DNA of 64,000 nt from a virus (IMGVR_UViG_3300025316_001101), one strand, 5' to 3'. Shown: positions 40,711 to 49,421, counted from the first letter of the stretch. Notes: generated from the letters alone by a model not told the origin. Made by a program: numbers and translations.

Positions 40711-40781
40711 AGCCGCTACTGGGAATCGAACCCAGGTATCTACATTACCAATGTAGCACATTTCCACTATGTTATATCGGC
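40711..40781 (-). tRNA. tRNA-Thr(GGT)
   Basis: CTACA-TTGGTAA-TGTAG. Confidence 0.88.
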
Positions 40782-40785
40782 AACA

Positions 40786-41265
40786 TTACGGCAACATTGT
40801 AATATTTAATGTTGTTTCTTCACCTTTTGCTGGTTCCGGTTCTTTCTTATCTTCTTCAACACGAACCAATCGCCACGGAAATATCCATCTCCATAATTTC
40901 CTCAATCGCATACTCAACGGCAAACTTTCAGGACCAGCAACGCCTTTCATTACCAACCACACCAAAAACAATATAACAGAAATCAAAATGAAGCTTATAC
41001 AAGCCGCAAAGAATTTGCCCACTTCCATCTTGAGCCCCGGCATAGGCTGCCACAACAGTTGTTCCCAATTCTGACCAGTGGAAGTAAGAGTAAAACTAAC
41101 AAACGGCATAATCAAATTTTCAGAAATTGATTTTGCCACATTATTCAATGCAGCACCGAGAATAAAGGCCACAATGAAATCAACCATTTGGCCTTTGAAT
41201 ACAAGTTGTTTATACTCTTTGATCTCTTTTTCAAAATCTTCTACGCTGATAAAACCCTTAGCCAT
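40786..41265 (-). CDS. mscL: large-conductance mechanosensitive channel-like protein
   Basis: EYKQLVFKGQMVDFIVAFILGAAL..VAKSI.ENLIMP, ...GKFFAACISFILI; start ATG 41265. Confidence 0.75.
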   Translation of the reverse strand: MAKGFISVEDFEKEIKEYKQLVFKGQMVDFIVAFILGAALNNVAKSISENLIMPFVSFTLTSTGQNWEQLLWQPMPGLKMEVGKFFAACISFILISVILFLVWLVMKGVAGPESLPLSMRLRKLWRWIFPWRLVRVEEDKKEPEPAKGEETTLNITMLP

Positions 41266-41266
41266 A

Positions 41267-41479
41267 CTAACATCCCCTAACTCCGACTCCTCCGCCTCTT
41301 TTATATGATAGTCTACCATTGCTAGAAGCTCGTCGATAACAACCTGTTTTTGGTGGTTTTGGGGGTGGCGTTGGACAATTCTTACCACAGCCACAACCGC
41401 AACCACCACATTGATTATCTGGCTTGTATTGACCGTGTGACATTCCAAGCCCCTTCCCCGTCACTGATGTTGCACTCAT
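41267..41479 (-). CDS. small Cys/Gly-rich protein
   Basis: CGGCGCGCG. Confidence 0.4.
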   Translation of the reverse strand: MSATSVTGKGLGMSHGQYKPDNQCGGCGCGCGKNCPTPPPKPPKTGCYRRASSNGRLSYKRGGGVGVRGC

Positions 41480-41519
41480 ATATACCTCCTACAGTATATA
41501 TGAATTGTTATCCTCAAAG

Positions 41520-41747
41520 CTAACCCCCTCCGTATGGCGTCCCATCCGGGTTCATCAGTTGCACCGGATAGATATTAGCTTTCAACTCCTTGACTTCTCC
41601 CAAAACTACACCCTCAGCACGAATGTAACCGCCAGGGCAAAGACTGGTAAGTTCATTTTCCAAAAGAGCCTTGATCCGTTCTACTTCGACCGGATTGGTG
41701 GGCACCAATGTAAAACTTATTCTAAGATATTTTGCATTCGAGTCCAT
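41520..41747 (-). CDS. hypothetical protein
   Basis: SD GGAG before ATG 41747; upstream extension overlaps ncRNA. Confidence 0.5.
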   Translation of the reverse strand: MDSNAKYLRISFTLVPTNPVEVERIKALLENELTSLCPGGYIRAEGVVLGEVKELKANIYPVQLMNPDGTPYGGG

Positions 41748-41762
41748 GTAATTCTCCAATAA

Positions 41763-41997
41763 AAAGTCCTCGGCCGACAAGAAGCGTAGAGACGCCATTC
41801 CCTTTCGGGAAGTTATAGCCTTCACGCACGGACCCTTTCAGGTTACCGCCGTTCGAAACGCAATTAGATCTCCCCTTCGAGAGATCACCGGATTCAGTCG
41901 AAACTTACCGGCTTGTGCTGTCGCTTGCAGGTCGCCCTGTTTTGCTACCTTAGGACCATCATTGATGTAGTCCCCACTACATTCGGCCGAGGACTTT
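41763..41997 (-). ncRNA. structured ncRNA A with 23S rRNA H69-H71-like segments
   Basis: 15-bp terminal stem AAAGTCCTCGGCCGA/TCGGCCGAGGACTTT, then TTATT; several internal hairpins; GGTCCTAAGGTAGC; TTGCAA-N16-TATATT promoter upstream. Confidence 0.7.
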
Positions 41998-42015
41998 GTA
42001 TAATATAGCAGATTG

Positions 42016-42450
42016 TCAACGTTTTGCAAGAGGAGATGATGCAATAGCAACGAATTCTTGCCCGAACATCGTATCTTCAAGGGTGTACCGATATCCTTTA
42101 GGCTTCACGTATCGATCAAGCATCGCTCGATACAATCGTACTCGACTCGGTTCCTTGGCCAAGAATTTGATTATCCTGGGATATACTTTGTCTACGTATT
42201 CTCCCACCGCATTTGCTACTGTAGCGAATACTGGAATTTCGTCCCCCGTACCCGTAATACCATGTGAAGAAAGCTCTTTCGGTTTCATCAGTGTAAAACT
42301 CACATCTGTGACGCCATCATGGTGATCGAAATCGATATCATATTCTTTCCGATTGATCTTAAAGCTTCCAGCCCAATGTCCACCACTTTTTATTTGCCAT
42401 TGAATCGGCAAAGGATTATCAAACAATTCTAAGAATAATGTGAAATTCAT
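42016..42450 (-). CDS. hypothetical protein, paralog of 26011-26523
   Basis: TGTGD..VFATV, EPSRVRLY. Confidence 0.65.
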   Translation of the reverse strand: MNFTLFLELFDNPLPIQWQIKSGGHWAGSFKINRKEYDIDFDHHDGVTDVSFTLMKPKELSSHGITGTGDEIPVFATVANAVGEYVDKVYPRIIKFLAKEPSRVRLYRAMLDRYVKPKGYRYTLEDTMFGQEFVAIASSPLAKR

Positions 42451-42971
42451 CTTCTCACCAACTTCCCTTCCTTCTCAAGCTTTGGCACCAATGTGGGCTG
42501 CTTTTTATATCCCGTCCAAAGAGCCCATATAGGATTGTCTTTAGGAGGTCGAGAAGATTCATCGTCTGACAATTTTTCTAAATATGGTTCGGCCCACTTT
42601 CCAGCATACCATTGGCCAACCGATAACGGAACTTGTGTTACATCAGGACGTTTGAAATAATAATACTTCCAAACCCCAAACGCATCTGGCGAGACGTTCT
42701 TTCTATCAGACACGGCATAACCACCATTCGCTGTAATCTCTTCAATCATAATATCATAAATCAATGGACCATATCCTTTGGTGGCATCTGATTTCTCTAT
42801 GACATACATTGACTCGCCACTAAGATTTTTAGACTTATAGGCTTCAGCAGCACCATGAACTGGATCTCCGTCTAATAGAACGGTAATCTTGCTGCCTTTG
42901 TTTGATACTATGATGACTTGCCCTTGTGGGGGTTCATTCATCATCGCTTCTAGCCACTGTCTGAATTCCAT
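42447..42971 (-). CDS. GNAT-like protein
   Basis: KGYGPLIY..., S.DAFGVW. Confidence 0.55.
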   Translation of the reverse strand: MEFRQWLEAMMNEPPQGQVIIVSNKGSKITVLLDGDPVHGAAEAYKSKNLSGESMYVIEKSDATKGYGPLIYDIMIEEITANGGYAVSDRKNVSPDAFGVWKYYYFKRPDVTQVPLSVGQWYAGKWAEPYLEKLSDDESSRPPKDNPIWALWTGYKKQPTLVPKLEKEGKLVRR

Positions 42972-43000
42972 AGAAGTATTTAGCTTCTATAGAATAAAAG

Positions 43001-43071
43001 TGGGCGTTAGTGGAATCGAACCACTTTTTCCACCTTGTCACGGTGGTGTCTTGCCACTAGACCAAACACCC
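43001..43071 (-). tRNA. tRNA-Val(GAC)
   Basis: CCACC-GTGACAA-GGTGG. Confidence 0.88.
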
Positions 43072-43739
43072 TAAAAACATAAACTTTCGATTCCGCCTTC
43101 TATCATTTGTCTCAATCGAGTATTACATACATAAATCGTGCCCGTTCCATAAAGCATTTTACCTTTTTGCTTACCTCTCCAAACACCCTCTCTTGGTTTA
43201 TAACAAGTAAACTTTCTAAAATGATCATCTGTAAGCTGAACGATTTTTTCCTTCCACCATAACTTCAAATCACTCTCCGTCAGTTCATTTGCTGGATGGT
43301 AACCCACGGTAAATGTCATCTTAGCTAAATAACCGCCCTCTGCCAACCATCTTACTATCAACCTAATCATACGATAATCAGCATTTGCAATTGCAAACAC
43401 GTTCTTGTTTTTAGTACCCTCTCCCCAATACAAAGCACATATCACTCGAAAGTCAGCATCAATTTTTGCACGTTCTCTACCCTCTTGTCTGTATTGCTCA
43501 ATGCGAATTACAGAGTCTAAATGGTTGCGGTTATTGGCAGTGGCAAATTTAGCAGAAAACTTTTCTCTATTCAATTTAGCATTAGACTTTAGCAATGCAA
43601 TTTGTTTATCACTTAATTTAACATTCCTCACCCATGTAGAAATGGAACTTTTTGGACATCTCAAAATTTGAGAAATTTCTCTAACAGATTTGCCTTCTGA
43701 TCTTAATGCTATGGCTTGATTTTTTTCGTTTAATCTCAT
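43071..43739 (-). CDS. HTH protein, possible homing-endonuclease-like
   Basis: N-terminal HTH (SVREISQIL..SISTW), LYWGEGTK. Confidence 0.6.
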   Translation of the reverse strand: MRLNEKNQAIALRSEGKSVREISQILRCPKSSISTWVRNVKLSDKQIALLKSNAKLNREKFSAKFATANNRNHLDSVIRIEQYRQEGRERAKIDADFRVICALYWGEGTKNKNVFAIANADYRMIRLIVRWLAEGGYLAKMTFTVGYHPANELTESDLKLWWKEKIVQLTDDHFRKFTCYKPREGVWRGKQKGKMLYGTGTIYVCNTRLRQMIEGGIESLCF

Positions 43740-43800
43740 TTTGAACCTCCGATTAACTACATTTATATAGTATCGGAAGTTCAAAAAAATATTTCAATAA

Positions 43801-44046
43801 TTAAATACCCGCAAAATAATACCACACGCCTTTAATGTCCATCAGTTCCACATCAGAACCTACTGAAGGAATTGCATATTCACAACACCCCGTTGATCCG
43901 CAATCGCAACCACAGCTTAAAGGATACACCCAATCGGCCATCCCCTCTACTTTTATTCCACCTTTGTGATCCGGGTCATGATTATCAATGACTTTCATTA
44001 TTCCACTCCAATTCCGTCTTTTTACAAACTGTACAATATTTAACAC
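43801..44046 (-). CDS. hypothetical protein
   Basis: 81-aa ORF. Confidence 0.45.
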   Translation of the reverse strand: MLNIVQFVKRRNWSGIMKVIDNHDPDHKGGIKVEGMADWVYPLSCGCDCGSTGCCEYAIPSVGSDVELMDIKGVWYYFAGI

Positions 44047-44275
44047 CTTCCATGCTCGGTTTACTACTGGTAACTAGCGTACCAGGATCTCCGCACTTCT
44101 TGTTTCGTTCTCTTGCGGCTAATTGCTCAATAAATTCCCGCAATTCTTTAACCGGCCCATCAACTAAAACAGGTTCGGAAATTTGTATTGCCAATTGGCT
44201 ATTAACATGAGCTTGAATCTGCTCTATCATTGAATCAATTGCCGGAATACCCGGTGCTGCCATATTTTTATCCAT
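43985..44275 (-). CDS. hypothetical protein
   Basis: 96-aa ORF. Confidence 0.45.
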   Translation of the reverse strand: MDKNMAAPGIPAIDSMIEQIQAHVNSQLAIQISEPVLVDGPVKELREFIEQLAARERNKKCGDPGTLVTSSKPSMEGVKYCTVCKKTELEWNNESH

Positions 44276-44546
44276 AACATTCCTCTAAAATCTGAATCCA
44301 CTTCCGAATACCCTTTGATGTCTGCTCCATTGGATGTAAAAATCCGGCCGCATGACAGGCTTGCTTGTGAAAATCTAAATCACTTTTCACAGCTTCATTC
44401 TTAGCATATTCTTTTAATAACAAAGAATGATTACCATTCCAACCCTCGGCTGCTGCTATCGATTGGAACTCTAAAATGTCTTGTTTTGCATATTGTTCTT
44501 GAAATTGCCACATAATTGTCTCCCACTTAATATAGTGGAAAGACAA
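44268..44546 (-). CDS. hypothetical protein
   Basis: 92-aa ORF. Confidence 0.45.
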   Translation of the reverse strand: MSFHYIKWETIMWQFQEQYAKQDILEFQSIAAAEGWNGNHSLLLKEYAKNEAVKSDLDFHKQACHAAGFLHPMEQTSKGIRKWIQILEECYG

Positions 44547-44552
44547 TAAAAG

Positions 44553-44625
44553 AGCCCCCTGTCGGAATCGAACCGATACATTTTCACGTTACGAGGGTGA
44601 TGTACTGCCATTGTACGAAGGGGGC
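44553..44625 (-). tRNA. tRNA-Thr(CGT)
   Basis: loop CT-CGT-AA, GCCCCCT/AGGGGGC. Confidence 0.85.
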
Positions 44626-44626
44626 A

Positions 44627-45067
44627 TTAGAAACGTGGCATAGATGGTTGCCTGGGCATCTTCGGAGCCTTTGGTGCCTCTGGAGTTTTTAATAATTTAT
44701 CGATTTCCGTTTCATTTTTCAAAACGTAAACATAACAGGCATAAATGGGTAAATCATTAGGATCTCCCTGTTTGCCCTGAATTTGTCGATATTCTACATC
44801 CAACTTCGTTCTTGGATCTGTGTCAAATCTAAGAAAATCCTTCAAATTACTCATAACCGAATTAACAAATCCCGAACTGCCTGTAATACGAAGACCATCT
44901 TCACGGAAACGAGTGCCTGTGTGATGCTTAGAAATAGGGGATGGTTGCAAAGGTAAATTCGTCTGCAACCCGCTCCAGAATGTAAGAACATCCTTTCGAC
45001 GTGCCTTCCACGGCTTTGGCATGCCGTCACGCATTTCTTGTTCTTCTAAGTAATCACTGAATGTCAT
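44627..45067 (-). CDS. hypothetical protein
   Basis: MTFSDYLEE start after CTATATA motif. Confidence 0.6.
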   Translation of the reverse strand: MTFSDYLEEQEMRDGMPKPWKARRKDVLTFWSGLQTNLPLQPSPISKHHTGTRFREDGLRITGSSGFVNSVMSNLKDFLRFDTDPRTKLDVEYRQIQGKQGDPNDLPIYACYVYVLKNETEIDKLLKTPEAPKAPKMPRQPSMPRF

Positions 45068-45113
45068 GCAAATATATAGAGACTCAATTCGTAAAAATGA
45101 CCTATATAACAAT

Positions 45114-45275
45114 ATGGCACTTATGACATTCAAAGAATATTGGTCTCAACAAGCGATTATCAACGCTCAACATAAGAAAATACCGCCATGTGCAATTTGC
45201 CATAAAAGAAAAGGCGAACGCACCATTCATGGCGAATGGGTCTGTCTCAAATGTCGCCCATTCAATAAAAAGTAG
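45114..45275 (+). CDS. small Zn-finger protein
   Basis: CAIC..CLKC. Confidence 0.5.
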   Translation: MALMTFKEYWSQQAIINAQHKKIPPCAICHKRKGERTIHGEWVCLKCRPFNKK

Positions 45276-45343
45276 GCCGTACAAGAATTGAACTTGTTCC
45301 TGCGGTTTCGAAGACCGTTATGCATCCGGCACACCCACAGCCC
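45273..45343 (-). tRNA. tRNA-Arg(TCG)
   Basis: ACGGT-CTTCGAA-ACCGC. Confidence 0.82.
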
Positions 45344-45345
45344 AT

Positions 45346-46005
45346 TTATTTTCTAAATTGCCAACTAACTATCGTTCCCCTATGCTCATTTACTACCTGC
45401 CTAATACCCCTCTCTAGTTTTAATATGGCTATTTTACAAGATTCGTCTACATGGTCTTGAATCATCGGCTGGTATTTTTCCTTATAAGGAATCCTCATCA
45501 TTACACAGATGCCAACACTAATGTCAACTCTGGTCCTATTCCCCTCTCTAACCATAATCAGAGCCGTATCATATTGTTTAAGCATTCGTACTGGTTTGGT
45601 CAAACCAGTACGAATGACCATGCTTTCTTGATCGATACGAATCTTATTGTTGAGCGCAATAACCGATTTGCTAAGCTCTGGATCATAAGGACGAATTTTC
45701 ATTAATACGTCCGTATGCACACACCATTGCAACGGCCTAACTTTCTTTAACTCAAAATTGGGCTTCGCCATCTCTTGAGATATGACCTTCCCAGAGGTAA
45801 TCTCCACCAATTCCGTTGAAGCATTGCTACGCACAAATACCTTGCGTACCGTATCATAATCATCATTCAAATAAAACGATGCCGACCGATTGGCCGTAAC
45901 CGCACATTCAGATGATACTAAGTCTAAGAAGGGTTTCGGACATATAATGGCCGAAACCCCTATGATACACAATAACACAACAGTTGATAATACAAAATAT
46001 CTCAT
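45346..46005 (-). CDS. membrane-anchored/secreted hypothetical protein
   Basis: signal-like N-terminus from ATG 46005. Confidence 0.6.
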   Translation of the reverse strand: MRYFVLSTVVLLCIIGVSAIICPKPFLDLVSSECAVTANRSASFYLNDDYDTVRKVFVRSNASTELVEITSGKVISQEMAKPNFELKKVRPLQWCVHTDVLMKIRPYDPELSKSVIALNNKIRIDQESMVIRTGLTKPVRMLKQYDTALIMVREGNRTRVDISVGICVMMRIPYKEKYQPMIQDHVDESCKIAILKLERGIRQVVNEHRGTIVSWQFRK

Positions 46006-46008
46006 AAG

Positions 46009-46079
46009 AGCGCCTAATCGGAGTCGAACCGATACGTGAACCTTGGCAAGGTTCCAGGCTACCGCTACATCATAGGCGC
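46009..46079 (-). tRNA. tRNA-Gly(GCC)
   Basis: GAACC-TTGCCAA-GGTTC, U73. Confidence 0.9.
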
Positions 46080-46116
46080 AAATGTTCTTTTTATGTATGC
46101 ACGTTTTATTAAAAAG

Positions 46117-46192
46117 TGCGAGGGACGGGACTCGAACCCGCAACCGTCTGGTTGGAAGCCAGATGCTCTAGTACCAATTGAGCTACCCTCGC
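46117..46192 (-). tRNA. tRNA-Gly(TCC)
   Basis: TCTGG-CTTCCAA-CCAGA; A73 is atypical. Confidence 0.85.
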
Positions 46193-46249
46193 TTATTAAA
46201 GACCCTTTAGCATCCCACGAAAAATTCAATTACGAATGTATATAATTAC

Positions 46250-46639
46250 ATGAAAACATTAAGCGAATACATCAATTCTTCGGACCCCTCGGATTTAATC
46301 AATAAGTTGTTCGAAGCTCGTCAAACAACACATGTACTTCACCTTAAAACCAAATCCTATGCTCAACATATGGCCCTGGATTCGTTTTATGGAGACATTC
46401 TTGGCTTAATAGATGAATTCGTAGAAGTCTATCAAGGCCAATATGGCATAATCGATCAAGCTAGCAGCATTTCCGTAGACAAGAGTGCTGATCCGGTTAA
46501 ATACCTTGAAGAACTATGTGCGTTTGTTAAAAAGGCCCGTAAAGCATTAGCAGAAGAAGATACTCATCTACAGAACATTGTGGATGAAATTACTGCCACA
46601 ACTTACAGAACCCTATACAAACTGAAGTTCCTTAAATAG
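46250..46639 (+). CDS. ferritin/Dps-like four-helix protein
   Basis: H..HL.T.SYA.H.AL..FY..D.F.E.YQG.YG..TLYKL.FL. Confidence 0.75.
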   Translation: MKTLSEYINSSDPSDLINKLFEARQTTHVLHLKTKSYAQHMALDSFYGDILGLIDEFVEVYQGQYGIIDQASSISVDKSADPVKYLEELCAFVKKARKALAEEDTHLQNIVDEITATTYRTLYKLKFLK

Positions 46640-47468
46640 CCAACCGTTTGAAGATATATTCACATACCGCTTCGGCAGTGAAATAGTGATGATATAGTTT
46701 TCTAATCTTCTTTTGCTTTGCAGCAATCATCTCTGGCGTATGACTGTCTAAAATCTCAGGAAGACGATCTATATCTCGAACATTAATGCTTACAGCCAAT
46801 CCAGACCAATCCAATATTTCTTTATACGGCAACCATTCAATATCATCCCATACATACACCGGAATTGCACCCATTCCCAAAGATTCATACAATCGGAAAG
46901 ATGTTCTCCCGTAACCCCGTGGACATAAAGAAAACACAGATTCATTCAATTGTTTGAAAAATGATTCGTAAGGAAGCTTTTCACTAAACGACCAGTTGGG
47001 CCGCATCATGGTCATTAATTTACCAACCGCATGACCCCTGGCACTTTCACATGCCATTATCGATCCCGTAAAACACAATTGAATTGGTCGTTCAATGTCT
47101 TTCCTTTGATAAGGCTGTAAATCCTCTTTCAACAATGGAATTGGAATGTTACCCACTCCACCAGCCGCAAATACCAACACGTCAGCCCACTTGGGAATAG
47201 ACTCAAGAATCCCATCGTCATTCTGAACAACTGTGAAATACTTCTTGTCTTGTCTCAATGTCTGATTGAGCCATAACGTAGTCCACAGAGGAGCCCTAAA
47301 ACCATTGGCAAGATAATTGTCGGTCCAACAAATAGGAATGTAGATCCTATCGGTTTTTACGCCATGCTCCGCATAATATTTCTGAAAAGCATTCTCAATC
47401 CACGGGCCAGAATAGCCAGCCCACGTATGCGGCGGAGCCTGTGTTGGAACTTGCAATTTTTCTACCAT
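46632..47468 (-). CDS. exostosin-like glycosyltransferase (GT47-like)
   Basis: FSLCPRGYGRTSFRLYESL..GAIPV. Confidence 0.85.
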   Translation of the reverse strand: MVEKLQVPTQAPPHTWAGYSGPWIENAFQKYYAEHGVKTDRIYIPICWTDNYLANGFRAPLWTTLWLNQTLRQDKKYFTVVQNDDGILESIPKWADVLVFAAGGVGNIPIPLLKEDLQPYQRKDIERPIQLCFTGSIMACESARGHAVGKLMTMMRPNWSFSEKLPYESFFKQLNESVFSLCPRGYGRTSFRLYESLGMGAIPVYVWDDIEWLPYKEILDWSGLAVSINVRDIDRLPEILDSHTPEMIAAKQKKIRKLYHHYFTAEAVCEYIFKRLAI

Positions 47469-47470
47469 AG

Positions 47471-47541
47471 AGCGGCTAGGGGGAATCGAACCCCCGTCAT
47501 CAGATTGGAAATCTGAGGTAATACCATTATACGACAGCCGC
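47471..47541 (-). tRNA. tRNA-Gly(TCC)
   Basis: TCAGA-TTTCCAA-TCTGA. Confidence 0.9.
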
Positions 47542-47600
47542 AATGGACCTCGCCCGGAGGGCGAGGTCATCTTTTTCCACTCATGGTGGATAAGTCTAAG

Positions 47601-47672
47601 AGCTAGCGGTGGGTACTGCCCCCACTTGATCTTGTTTACAAAACAAGCCCATGACTTTTCTGGCACGCTAGC
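47601..47672 (-). tRNA. tRNA-Thr(TGT)
   Basis: CTTGT-TTTGTAA-ACAAG; atypical T-loop GGCAGTA. Confidence 0.75.
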
Positions 47673-47673
47673 A

Positions 47674-48273
47674 TTAGCCCAATATAATCTTCAACATCTT
47701 TGCCATAATATCGGCCTGTTGAATCAACAAAGGCTTCAAATCTTCAATCATCTGTTCGTAATTCTTTTCACAATTAAGATGAATCTCTTCGCCTTTATAT
47801 ACAACCTTTAGTTCTTTAACTTCTTCAGACGGTCCTTTATGACCCAACAGATCTTTAACAGCCATACGAACCTCATCTAACTGCAATCCCAAGTTGACCA
47901 ACACCTGGGCTGCCACGCCTTCGCTCTCTCGTACCAATCCTAACAAAAGATGTTCCGTGCCCACATGATTGTCATTCAAAAGACGAGCCTCTTCCATTGA
48001 ATATTCAACCACCTTTTTTACTCTTGGTGTGTGTGGCAACTTGCCCATTGTGACCATATCTGGCCCTTGTTGGATTAATTTTTCTACTTCTAGTCTAACT
48101 TTGCGAAGATCGATATCAAACTGCTCCAACACATGAGCAGCAATACCCGATCCTTCTTTTATTAGACCCAAAAGAAGATGTTCGGTTCCAATATATTCGT
48201 GATTGAAACGCTGGGCCTCTTGATTGGCCAGCATCATAACTTTTCTAGCTCTATCTGTAAATCGTTCGTACAT
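47674..48273 (-). CDS. ClpC N-terminal (Clp repeat) domain-only protein
   Basis: MYERFTDRARKVM.LANQEAQRFNHEYIGTEHLLLGL, second EHLLLGL repeat, no AAA+ domain. Confidence 0.92.
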   Translation of the reverse strand: MYERFTDRARKVMMLANQEAQRFNHEYIGTEHLLLGLIKEGSGIAAHVLEQFDIDLRKVRLEVEKLIQQGPDMVTMGKLPHTPRVKKVVEYSMEEARLLNDNHVGTEHLLLGLVRESEGVAAQVLVNLGLQLDEVRMAVKDLLGHKGPSEEVKELKVVYKGEEIHLNCEKNYEQMIEDLKPLLIQQADIMAKMLKIILG

Positions 48274-48288
48274 AAAAAATCTCCTTAA

Positions 48289-48362
48289 TAGGTCACGTGG
48301 GAATCGAACCCACATTTACACTTTTAGAGAGTGTTGCTCTGAGCCAATTGAACTAGTGACCC
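48289..48362 (-). tRNA. amber suppressor tRNA (anticodon CTA)
   Basis: ACACT-CTCTAAA-AGTGT, intact D/T arms, G1.U72, A73. Confidence 0.88.
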
Positions 48363-48366
48363 TCAG

Positions 48367-48439
48367 TGGGCGATACAGGACTCGAACCTGTAACCCCCTC
48401 GGTGTAAACGAGGTGCGCTAACCATTGCGCCAATCGCCC
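48367..48439 (-). tRNA. tRNA-Val(TAC)
   Basis: CCTCG-TTTACAC-CGAGG. Confidence 0.92.
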
Positions 48440-48443
48440 TCAA

Positions 48444-48737
48444 TTATCCCTCTAGCATCCGTCTACAGTGATTGCTTATCTCTATAACTTCTGTCATTTC
48501 TTGCGGAGTCAACTCTATCCCGTTTTCGGCTGCCTCCATTCGTAAGCCACTCACTGTCGCCGTTGACATGTCTCCATGTTTCCACTCGCCACGCTCTAGT
48601 GATTCACTCACTTGTTTCAATAGCCGTATCATAGCTATGACACCCTTGGCAGCTTGCATCCTATTTGGGTATGCATTGCGAAACTTTTCATTATGGAGTA
48701 TTCTTCGTATTTTTCTTTTGTCAGTTGATGATAACAT
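48444..48737 (-). CDS. hypothetical protein
   Basis: ORF between tRNAs. Confidence 0.55.
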   Translation of the reverse strand: MLSSTDKRKIRRILHNEKFRNAYPNRMQAAKGVIAMIRLLKQVSESLERGEWKHGDMSTATVSGLRMEAAENGIELTPQEMTEVIEISNHCRRMLEG

Positions 48738-48759
48738 ATTGTTCTCCACATTATAATAG

Positions 48760-48831
48760 TGACCCTACGGGGAATCGAACCCCGATTTACAGATTGAAGG
48801 TCTGTCGTCCTAACCGTTAGACGATAGGGCC
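48760..48831 (-). tRNA. tRNA-Glu(TTC)
   Basis: ACAGA-CCTTCAA-TCTGT. Confidence 0.9.
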
Positions 48832-48835
48832 ATAA

Positions 48836-48928
48836 TGGGCAACCCGGCTCTGAGACCGATCTACTCAGGGAACGTATTTTTTATCGTGGTTTCGCTGACC
48901 ACCGGTTTTCAAACATTTTTGGTTGCCC
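48836..48928 (-). ncRNA. tRNA-like structured RNA of unknown class
   Basis: GGGCAACC/GGTTGCCC-A termini; internal GTGGT-CAGCGAA-ACCAC and CTGAG-N9-CTCAG arms. Confidence 0.4.
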
Positions 48929-48931
48929 AAG

Positions 48932-49026
48932 TGGGCGGGGCAGGGCTCGAACCTGCGACATTCGGAGCGTAATCAAGCATACACCTGATCCGTTTTCCGA
49001 TGCTCTGCCAACTGAGCTACCCGCCC
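48932..49026 (-). tRNA. tRNA (probably Val, TAC) with 22-nt hairpin insertion in the anticodon loop
   Basis: perfect acceptor, D and T arms; 29-nt loop with GATCAGG-TGTATG-CTTGATT. Confidence 0.65.
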
Positions 49027-49202
49027 TAACGCATTGTACTCCAATAATTATTTCCATCAAAACACAATGGAAGCTTTAAGGCAATACTAAAAGCCCCACT
49101 TCCTGAAAAATTTGATGACCAATAGTATTGCACACGAAATCCGACACTTGATCTAGAAGAATTTGTGCCAATACTCACTCCACTCAAAGACCATATTTTC
49201 AT

Positions 49203-49421
49203 TTAATCGTCTGCACATTCGTATTCTGTTCCACAACTTTGGCACATTACTCCACTCGGCATTCCCAAGAACTCGCCATCATCGTCTTCTTCAATGCCTA
49301 AATCGCTTCTCATCTCTGCCATTTCTTCTTCTGTTTTTTCAATGCGTATCGCACGTACAAAGTTTTCCTCTCCGCACGCATCGCAGTCCCATACAAATGC
49401 TGGGTGTAAATATGCTTCCAT
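49203..49421 (-). CDS. small Zn-binding protein
   Basis: CDAC..CQSC. Confidence 0.55.
   Translation of the reverse strand: MEAYLHPAFVWDCDACGEENFVRAIRIEKTEEEMAEMRSDLGIEEDDDGEFLGMPSGVMCQSCGTEYECADD

Noticed and set aside
41763-41997. RNase P RNA or group I intron (AAAGTCC, GACTACA)
   Set aside because: No GAGGAAAGTCC/CR-V pair, AAAGTCC is used in the terminal stem, and no P3-P7 core could be built
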